NCBI GenBank assembly: GCA_020061105.1
Contig: JAGUYW010000034.1
Span: forward strand, 1,173 to 65,172
Origin: Anaerolineales bacterium
Lineage (GTDB): Bacteria; Chloroflexota; Anaerolineae; Anaerolineales; UBA4823
Direction of reading: 5' to 3'
DNA length: 64,000 nucleotides
Shown here in pieces: positions 18,038 to 24,647 of the stretch. The position numbers and the translations under genes were made by a program. A model generated the notes under the pieces. It was given only the letters and a program-made list of their open reading frames with translations. It had not been told where the DNA came from and did not search any database. Every line of letters starts with the position of its first letter. Positions within the stretch are counted from its first letter, which is position 1.

Positions 18038-19606
18038 ATGGATCACCTTAAGCCAACCGGCAACGACCCGCTTCAGGATATTCGCGCTATCTTGTTGACG
18101 GAGCTTGAAGAACAGTTCCGGCTGCTCGAAGAACGCCTGGCGGCTTTGCAACAACACAACCAGAGCAGCGAGCAAGAACAACAAGCCCAATGGCAAGCCA
18201 TCCGCCAGCAACTTCAGGCCATCCAACGCCTGGCAGAAGAAAAAGAGCGCGCCCTGCAAAGCAGCCTGGATGACCTGGAGCAGCGCGCCCTGACCGATCC
18301 CGAGAAGATCACCAACCGGCTGACGCCAATGATGACCAATCTGATCCGGCGCACGATCGTCGAATCGCCCGAGGAGATGGCGGAGGCGATTGGCCCGGTG
18401 ATGGGCGAGGCGGTACGGGTGCAAATTCGCGATTCGCGCCAGGGGATGATCGACGCCCTGTACCCGATCATCGGTCAAACTGTGCAGAGGGCGATCTCCG
18501 AATTCGCTCGCGAACTACAGCGCAACATCGACGCCCGCCTGAAATCCACCTTCGGTCCGCAAGGATTACTGCGCACTCTGAGCGCCCGTTTGCGGGGCGT
18601 GTCGGCGGGTGAACTGGCGCTGCGCGACGCCATGCCGTTCCAAATCAGCGAAATCTTTCTGATCCAGCAAAATACCGGGCTGCTGATGGCCCACATCCGC
18701 CCGGGCAGCGAGGAACTGACCAGCCCCGACCTGGTCAGTTCCATGCTCACCGCCATTCGCAGCTTTATTCAGGATGCATTTGGGCAAGAGCAGGGCAAAG
18801 AATTGGATGAAATCCAATACGGCGATGAGAGCATCATCATTTACGGTGGAAAACACACCTATGTGGCGGTTGCAATCAAAGGCGTCGAACCGGAGGGCTT
18901 GCGCAACCAATTGCGCGAATTGGTTTCAGAGCTGCACATCCGTTTTGGCAATGCCTTGCGAGATTATGACGGCAGCCCTGACAGCCTGCCCAACGTACAG
19001 CCGCCGGTCCAACAATTCATTGATTCAATCACTGGCGCAAGCGCCCAAGCGCCCCAAAAAATCCCCGCTCAGCAGCGCCTGATCCTGGCTGCTGGTTCAT
19101 TCCTGCTCCTGCTGATCCTGGCGGGCGGCTGTTTTTCATTGGTTTTCGCGTCCCGCTTATGGCCGGTGGCCTTCCCAGGCCCGAGCGCCGCCCCCAGCGC
19201 CAGCGCCACCCTCACGCCAACTGCCCCCCCTACTGCCACCCTGACACCTACCCCCACCGCCACATTTACAGCCACGCCAACCTCAACCTTCACCCCGACC
19301 GCAGTCGCAACCAACACCCCCACTTCCAGCCCCAGCCCAGGCCCCACCATCACTGCTACCCCTCACTTTGTATCGGGCTATATCATCGGCGATGTGTGGG
19401 CGCGCACCCAACCCAGCGAACTATCTCCCAGGCATAGCATCCTGTTCGTCAACACCCCGGTAAAAATCCTGGCAGTATTTGGTTATTGGGTACAAGTCGA
19501 GTGGATCAACGTCGATGGCCCGCAGCAGGCCTGGATTCTGGCGCGCTGGGTGGTCCCGCTGGAATCGATACCGGCATATTTAATCACCCCAACCCCCAGC
19601 CCATAA
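18038..19606 (+). CDS. single-pass membrane protein: coiled coil / conserved alpha region / longin-roadblock-like region / TM / PT-rich linker / SH3b-like domain
   Basis: 522 aa. Shows ISEIFLIQQNTGLLMAHI...VSSMLTAIRSFIQDAFG...YVAVAIKG, the TM helix LILAAGSFLLLLILAGGCFSLVFA, a TPT repeat linker, and a C-terminal GYIIGDVWARTQP...VKILAVFGYWVQVEW. Confidence 0.65.
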   Translation: MDHLKPTGNDPLQDIRAILLTELEEQFRLLEERLAALQQHNQSSEQEQQAQWQAIRQQLQAIQRLAEEKERALQSSLDDLEQRALTDPEKITNRLTPMMTNLIRRTIVESPEEMAEAIGPVMGEAVRVQIRDSRQGMIDALYPIIGQTVQRAISEFARELQRNIDARLKSTFGPQGLLRTLSARLRGVSAGELALRDAMPFQISEIFLIQQNTGLLMAHIRPGSEELTSPDLVSSMLTAIRSFIQDAFGQEQGKELDEIQYGDESIIIYGGKHTYVAVAIKGVEPEGLRNQLRELVSELHIRFGNALRDYDGSPDSLPNVQPPVQQFIDSITGASAQAPQKIPAQQRLILAAGSFLLLLILAGGCFSLVFASRLWPVAFPGPSAAPSASATLTPTAPPTATLTPTPTATFTATPTSTFTPTAVATNTPTSSPSPGPTITATPHFVSGYIIGDVWARTQPSELSPRHSILFVNTPVKILAVFGYWVQVEWINVDGPQQAWILARWVVPLESIPAYLITPTPSP

Positions 19607-19629
19607 ACGACTGCAATTTAATAAACACA

Positions 19630-19667
19630 GCGCGCTTCAGGCAATGACGAACCTGCCTGAAGCGCGC
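19630..19667. terminator. 14-bp perfect hairpin between convergent genes (likely terminator, mainly for moeZ)
   Basis: GCGCGCTTCAGGCA (19630-19643) / TGCCTGAAGCGCGC (19654-19667). A T-rich tract is present only on the reverse-strand side. Confidence 0.55.
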
Positions 19668-19683
19668 CAGAAATACCAGCCGC

Positions 19684-20853
19684 TTAGTAGATTGGCAAGC
19701 TGGGGTCAACCTCGCTCGCCCAGGCGTTGATGCCGCCCTTCAGATTCTTCACCTTGCGAAAGCCAGCGCTTACCAACAATTCCAGCGCTCGGGCCGAGCG
19801 CGTTCCAGATTTACAGAAAACAACCATCTCCTTGGCGCTGTCCAGCTCCGACAGGCGCGAGGCCAGCTGCCCCAACGGCACCAACTGGGCGCCCGACAGT
19901 TGGGAAATTTGCAGCTCATGCGGCTCGCGCACGTCCAACAAGGTGATTGAATTGCCTTCTTGCAAGCGCTGAGCTAGCTGGCTCACCTGAATATCCCATT
20001 CACCGCCTGCCGAGCCATCCTCATGGTCGCGCCCAGGCACACCACAGAAGGCGTCATAATCGATCAGTTCGACCACCTCGGGCTTCTCGCCGCACACCTT
20101 GCAGTTGGGGTTTTTACGCAGCTTGACAAACTCAAACGACATATCCAGGGCGTTATAGAGCAAGAGTTTTCCAATCAGCGGCTCGCCAATCCCCAGGATC
20201 ACCTTGAGCGCCTCGGTGGCTTGCAGCGTGCCAATCGTGCCAGGCAAAACACCTAAGACGCCTCCTTCGGCGCAGGACGGCACCAACCCAGGCGGCGGCG
20301 GCTCTGGGAAGAGGCAGCGGTAACACGGTCCTCTTTGGGCGTCGAATACGCTCACCTGGCCGTCGAAGCGAAAGATCGAGCCATATACATTCGGCTTACC
20401 CGTTAATACGCACAGGTCGTTCGTCAGGTAGCGGGTTGGGAAATTGTCGGTCCCATCAATAATCAAATCATAACTCGCGGCGATCTCCCGAGCATTGGCG
20501 GAAGTGAAAGGCTCGTTATAAACTTCCACCTGGATGTCGGGGTTCAGATCGAGCATACGGGCACGCGCCGATTCGACTTTTAACACACCTAACGTGGATA
20601 CGCCATGGATGACCTGGCGTTGTAAATTTGAGCGATCTACCACATCGAAATCTACCAGGCCAATCCGACCAACGCCTGCCGCCGCCAGGTAGAGCGCTAC
20701 CGGCGAACCCAACCCACCTGTCCCAACCACCAGGATCGAGGCCGCTTTGAGCTTGCGCTGTCCATCCAGGCCGACCTCTGGAATTAGCAGGTGGCGCGAG
20801 TAACGCATAATTTCTTCGTGCGAAAGCGCTGGCAGCATTTCAGCCTCCCGCAA
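19684..20853 (-). CDS. moeZ: MoeB/ThiF-type adenylyltransferase fused to rhodanese (MoeZ-like sulfur-carrier activating enzyme)
   Basis: 389 aa. Shows GTGGLGSP in the nucleotide fold, CxxC pairs (CYRC, CKVC), and a C-terminal rhodanese domain with the active-site loop FCKSGTRS. Confidence 0.9.
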   Translation of the reverse strand: MREAEMLPALSHEEIMRYSRHLLIPEVGLDGQRKLKAASILVVGTGGLGSPVALYLAAAGVGRIGLVDFDVVDRSNLQRQVIHGVSTLGVLKVESARARMLDLNPDIQVEVYNEPFTSANAREIAASYDLIIDGTDNFPTRYLTNDLCVLTGKPNVYGSIFRFDGQVSVFDAQRGPCYRCLFPEPPPPGLVPSCAEGGVLGVLPGTIGTLQATEALKVILGIGEPLIGKLLLYNALDMSFEFVKLRKNPNCKVCGEKPEVVELIDYDAFCGVPGRDHEDGSAGGEWDIQVSQLAQRLQEGNSITLLDVREPHELQISQLSGAQLVPLGQLASRLSELDSAKEMVVFCKSGTRSARALELLVSAGFRKVKNLKGGINAWASEVDPSLPIY

Positions 20854-21112
20854 TGCTGGGGATCAACAGCACCCGGTCATCCGTTTTGAGGGGCGTTTGC
20901 AGGCCTTGCAAATCTTTAACATTTTCCTCGCCCAGGAAAAGATTGACAAAAGGTCGCAGGCTGCCCTGGTCGTTGACCAGATGCGGTTTCAGGGCCGGGT
21001 ATTGCAGCAGCAGATCATCCATCAATTCAGCCACGGTCTGACCTTGCAGGGCAAGTTCACTCTGCCCGGCTGTATAAGCCCGCAGCGGCGTTGGGACGCG
21101 TAAAGTTGGCAT
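20840..21112 (-). CDS. cysO: MoaD/ThiS-family sulfur carrier protein, CysO-like
   Basis: 90 aa ending in IAGG (C-terminal Gly-Gly). It has FVNLFLGEENV like CysO, and overlaps moeZ by 14 nt. Confidence 0.8.
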   Translation of the reverse strand: MPTLRVPTPLRAYTAGQSELALQGQTVAELMDDLLLQYPALKPHLVNDQGSLRPFVNLFLGEENVKDLQGLQTPLKTDDRVLLIPSIAGG

Positions 21113-21124
21113 ACAGATAACTCC

Positions 21125-21547
21125 TTAGAAAATTTCCGATAGTTGTTGCATCAGTTTCTCGGCCGTTGTCACGCCATGGTTGATGTGGCGTGGGCGGCCG
21201 TTGGCATCGATCAAAAACGTGGTGGGAACGCTCATCACGCCCCACTCCTGGGCTGTGTGCGGGTCGCCGGCAGCGTCGATCTCGACCACCTGTAAGCGTT
21301 CACCCAGCACATCCTGCAAGCGACGAATAGCCGGGCGCTGAACAGTTTTGCAAGGCGCGCAGGTCGGCGTAGTAAAGTATACCAGAGCAGGCTTACCCGG
21401 TTGAAAAGCTGCCAGGTTGCGCACTTTGCTACTCGCCCGCGTTAAAACCAGGCGATTTGCCAACCCAAACAGGATCAGACCAGCCGCGATCACTGCCGCC
21501 GCCCAGAAGAAGCGCGCCAACATTTCATTGCCCAAGATATCAGGCAT
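21125..21547 (-). CDS. membrane-anchored thioredoxin-like protein
   Basis: 140 aa. Shows an N-terminal TM helix, the CxxC motif TPTCAPCK, and the cis-Pro region MSVPTTFL. Confidence 0.8.
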   Translation of the reverse strand: MPDILGNEMLARFFWAAAVIAAGLILFGLANRLVLTRASSKVRNLAAFQPGKPALVYFTTPTCAPCKTVQRPAIRRLQDVLGERLQVVEIDAAGDPHTAQEWGVMSVPTTFLIDANGRPRHINHGVTTAEKLMQQLSEIF

Positions 21548-22040
21548 CGAACACCTTCGTATCTGGGCGCATGCCCGGGAAAGCGCCGCCCGGCGGCGTC
21601 TGGGTAAAGCCCGGCGCTTTCAATCGCGCCAGCCAATAATACAGCATGCAGCCAACGCAAAAGCCAGCCAGGGCGTTCAACGCTGCCAGCCCTGCTACTA
21701 ACCACACCAGCCCCCAGCCCAATAGCGGCGTTCCTGCCAGCAAAGCTATGCTGCCCAGCGCCATAAACAGCCCCCCCAGAGCCTGTGCGAAACGGTGCGG
21801 CTGCGGGTGATCGAGCAAAATAACCGGCTTGACGATCCCAGCTGGCTTCAAGATAGCCTGGTAGAGCAATCCAAACCCCGGTTTACCTAAAAGCGCCCCC
21901 AGCAGCATAACCAGCGTGGTCAACATCACCAGGCCCGGTGCGTTCAACACAAAAGCCAGGATATTCAAGCCAATGATGACCAGTTGGTTAACCTTGAGTG
22001 ACGAATGATCAATTTTTCTGAGTTGTTCTTGGTTGTCCAT
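21540..22040 (-). CDS. DUF4395-like integral membrane protein
   Basis: 166 aa counted from ATG 22040 (MDNQEQLRKIDHSSLKVNQL...), with 4 hydrophobic helices and CVGC near the C-terminus. The ORF-track start at 22214 would overlap mec and is rejected. Confidence 0.65.
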   Translation of the reverse strand: MDNQEQLRKIDHSSLKVNQLVIIGLNILAFVLNAPGLVMLTTLVMLLGALLGKPGFGLLYQAILKPAGIVKPVILLDHPQPHRFAQALGGLFMALGSIALLAGTPLLGWGLVWLVAGLAALNALAGFCVGCMLYYWLARLKAPGFTQTPPGGAFPGMRPDTKVFDA

Positions 22041-22054
22041 AACATTTTTCTCGC

Positions 22055-22513
22055 TTATCGATCGAGATTTGCAATCAGCGCCTGCTCGGGCGTAATCACA
22101 AGCTCTTCTTCGATGAACTGCGTGCGTTCTTCGCTCAAAAGCCAGCAGCGGCTTTCCACTGCCTGTCCGGAATACACGCTGGTGATGATATAGGAAAGAA
22201 AGGGTAAAGCCCATTCACGGTCGAATTCCGATGGTGAATTGGGATGGTCCGGATGGGAGTGAAATACTCCCAGAACATCCAACCCCAATCGAGCGGCTTG
22301 CAACTCGCCCTGCAGGTAATCCTCTGCTGTTAACAAATAGCGGTTGTGCCGAGCAGTTTGTTCGCGGGAATTTTCGAAAGCCATGATCATGGTCACACGC
22401 TTCTCCTGCGCGCCAAGACTACCCAATAACAGGCCGGCCCCTTCTTCCGGGTAACTGGCCTGGCCATGGGCGTGAATTTGGGACAGAATATCGGGTGAAA
22501 TTCGCACAGTCAT
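22055..22513 (-). CDS. mec: JAMM/MPN+ metalloprotease, Mec-like (CysO-cysteine hydrolase)
   Basis: 152 aa. Shows EEGAG and the JAMM motif HSHPDHPNSPSEFD. Confidence 0.85.
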   Translation of the reverse strand: MTVRISPDILSQIHAHGQASYPEEGAGLLLGSLGAQEKRVTMIMAFENSREQTARHNRYLLTAEDYLQGELQAARLGLDVLGVFHSHPDHPNSPSEFDREWALPFLSYIITSVYSGQAVESRCWLLSEERTQFIEEELVITPEQALIANLDR

Positions 22514-22523
22514 ATTCGCCTCG

Positions 22524-23477
22524 TCAATCTGCCTGCCACAAGTCTTTATCGCTCAAGTACTTATATCCAGCGTCTGGGAAGACGGTGACCACCAGCCCGC
22601 TTTCTAATTCCTGGGCCAACTTCAAAGCTGCCACGGCTGCCGCACCGGCCGAAATGCCCACAAACAAACCTTCCTGGCGCGCCAGCCGGCGCACCATGGC
22701 ATAAGCTTCTTCGGTGGACACTTCAAGCGTGCGATCTGGGATGGTCTCATCAAAAATTCCGGGCTTAAGGGCAGTCGGTAAGTGCTTCAAACCTTCCAGG
22801 CCGTGAAAAGGGCCATCCGGTTGAACCGCTGCCAGCTGAATATGCGGGTTATAAGCCTTCAAATAGCGGCCAACTCCGGTCAGCGTGCCCGTAGTGCCCA
22901 ACCCGGCGACGAAATGCGTCACACAGCCGCCGGTCTGCTGCACAATCTCCGGCCCGGTAGTCAGGTAATGGGCCTGCCAATTGGCCGGGTTCTCATATTG
23001 CCGGGCATAGTAATAGCGCTCAGGATGCTCCGCAGCTAAACGGCGGGCTACCAGAATAGCGCCATCTGAACCTTCCAAAGGATCGGTCAAGATCAGTTCT
23101 GCTCCCAAAGCGCGCAGGATGCTGATGCGTTCTGGGCTGGCAATGGCTGGCAAGGCCAATGTCACCGGCACGCCGAGCGCCGCCCCAAAGGTAGCATAGG
23201 AGATGCCCATATTTCCAGAAGTGGAGTCGAGCAAGCGCTTCCCACCAGCCAACGCCCCTTCAGCCAAAGCTGCGCGCAAGATACTCAACGCCGGGCGATC
23301 TTTGATGGAGCCGCCTGGGTTGAACCATTCCGCTTTGGCAAACACCTGCACTCCGGCAGGTAAATCAGCCCCAATGCGTTCCAACGGCAGCAGAGGTGTG
23401 TTGCCCACCGCGGCCTGTAAACCGCCAATCGCCGGGGCTGCCACCTGAATATCGGATACTGTTAGCATGTCCATCAA
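22524..23477 (-). CDS. cysM: PLP-dependent cysteine synthase, CysM/CysK family
   Basis: 317 aa. Shows the PLP lysine motif NPGGSIKDRPA, TSGNMG, and the GTTGTLTG loop. The start is more likely ATG 23474 (SD AGGAG 9 nt upstream). Confidence 0.88.
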   Translation of the reverse strand: MMDMLTVSDIQVAAPAIGGLQAAVGNTPLLPLERIGADLPAGVQVFAKAEWFNPGGSIKDRPALSILRAALAEGALAGGKRLLDSTSGNMGISYATFGAALGVPVTLALPAIASPERISILRALGAELILTDPLEGSDGAILVARRLAAEHPERYYYARQYENPANWQAHYLTTGPEIVQQTGGCVTHFVAGLGTTGTLTGVGRYLKAYNPHIQLAAVQPDGPFHGLEGLKHLPTALKPGIFDETIPDRTLEVSTEEAYAMVRRLARQEGLFVGISAGAAAVAALKLAQELESGLVVTVFPDAGYKYLSDKDLWQAD

Positions 23478-23601
23478 ACAATTCTCCTGCGATAAACCTC
23501 AATGAATCTCTTAAACAACAAACGACCAGTAGATAAACAAAAAGAGCGCTGCACAGTGTCAAAAACACAACACGTTTCCACGCGGCGAACCAGGTTCGCC
23601 A

Positions 23602-23707
23602 GCGGGACTGCAAGCCGCTCCTCGTCTACGGTCGTTTGATCAGTTGCTGATTGACGAGACGGCGACTAGCAGCCCCGCCTCAGACACATGCAAGAAAAAA
23701 GAGACAT
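23602..23707 (-). promoter_or_regulatory. structured 5' leader of the cysM operon with a 13-codon Cys-containing mini-ORF
   Basis: Reverse strand: GGAG (23720-23717), then ATG 23707 to TAG 23666, encoding MSLFSCMCLRRGC. The last codons overlap the 5' arm of a ~77-nt rod-like hairpin (GCGGGGCTGC 23678-23669 pairs with GCAGTCCCGC 23611-23602). Confidence 0.35.
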
Positions 23708-23748
23708 TCGGTATCGCTCCAAGAATATTTATGATTAACTTGATAATA

Positions 23749-23776
23749 ATTGTACACAAACAACCAGTTCTGTCAA
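23749..23776 (-). promoter_or_regulatory. sigma70-type promoter TTGACA-N16-TACAAT for the cysM operon
   Basis: Reverse strand: TTGACA (23776-23771), a 16-nt spacer, and TACAAT (23754-23749). It lies about 265 nt upstream of cysM. Confidence 0.5.
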
Positions 23777-23797
23777 GGGGGAAGTTACCCGATCGAG

Positions 23798-24631
23798 CTA
23801 GCCTTCATATACTTCTAATCCGGTCAAATAATAATGCAGCCGGTCGTCCATATCCTGGATGGTAAAACCTGCCAGGTATTTGCCTGGGAATAGCGCGTAT
23901 GTTGAACTATGAAGCTCGCGCCCTCCGGCAACCAGCGTATTGCTCTGAGCAATTTCCTCCTGCCAGCTTTCGCCCGAGCGACGCAGCAGGCCAACGAATG
24001 GCGTGAAGAGGTCGCCTTCCGCCAGTGTAACCGGTCGATAACCGCCAGCGGGGCCAGGCCGGGCCTGCACCTGGGTTTGCTGCAACCGCCCATTGGAACT
24101 AAAATACAAAATCGCGCGTCGAGCCGTCCCTTCATCCGGTGAGCGCAGCGCGCCCTGCACGAGATACAGGGCTGTTCTTAACGGAACCCCATACCGTTCG
24201 GGCAACAGGCGCCCCAATGCAATTTGCTGTCCATCGTCGAGGGCATGCCAGGCAGGCGAAAAGGTGACCGAGAGGCGCTGCTCAGGCTGCCACTTCGGCG
24301 CTTTCACACCTCCCACCAGGCGTTGGCTGGGCGCTTTCACATAGCGACGCCAGATTGGCCCGTAAGCCAGATCGTTGCCGGGGTCGAATAGCCACAGGTC
24401 GGCAAAAACGTAAGCAAAATTTCGCCCTGCCAATTGCGCGGAGAACGTCAACTTCTCCGCCCGTGTCACTTTCTTGTCGGAAAGATGCAAGTCGCTCACT
24501 TCGAAAAGGCCGGCGCCCGGGGCGGAGATGCGCCCTGCCCCTGTCGATGCACCTGGCGCCCATTGTGCGCCATCCACCTCAGCGATTTCAAACGAACGAC
24601 AGGAATACTGGTACCTGCGCAAGATTGCCAT
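23798..24631 (-). CDS. hypothetical protein, paralogous to the C-terminal region of the upstream C11 peptidase
   Basis: 277 aa with no signal peptide. APGAGLFEVSDL...LTFSA...NFAYVFADLWLFDP...GFTIQDMDDRLHYYLTGLEVYE parallels APGAGQATVAPLTFSA...HIAYIYLYVFWHDP...GIVVEDMDGNFTYEIKPITVYE in the peptidase. Confidence 0.6.
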   Translation of the reverse strand: MAILRRYQYSCRSFEIAEVDGAQWAPGASTGAGRISAPGAGLFEVSDLHLSDKKVTRAEKLTFSAQLAGRNFAYVFADLWLFDPGNDLAYGPIWRRYVKAPSQRLVGGVKAPKWQPEQRLSVTFSPAWHALDDGQQIALGRLLPERYGVPLRTALYLVQGALRSPDEGTARRAILYFSSNGRLQQTQVQARPGPAGGYRPVTLAEGDLFTPFVGLLRRSGESWQEEIAQSNTLVAGGRELHSSTYALFPGKYLAGFTIQDMDDRLHYYLTGLEVYEG

Positions 24632-24647
24632 CGCGCCTCCCTATTCC

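Noticed and set aside
19180-19360. Repetitive ACC/CCC/GCC-rich DNA (also at 29190-29400), considered as a possible tandem repeat or CRISPR-like array.
   Set aside because: It is in-frame, imperfect, low-complexity coding sequence for (T/P/A/S)n linkers inside ORFs. There is no unit-plus-spacer organisation.
23584-23600. The GGCGAACCTGGTTCGCC hairpin, which is reminiscent of a tRNA T-arm.
   Set aside because: There is no acceptor, D-arm or anticodon-arm context and no GTTCGAATC-type loop. It is just a leader hairpin.
23365-23613. An 82-aa ORF (- strand) and a 73-aa ORF at 23644-23865 (+ strand) in the cysM upstream region.
   Set aside because: Neither has an SD, their composition is odd, and they overlap the cysM start, the hairpins or the promoter. 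The region is more plausibly a non-coding leader.
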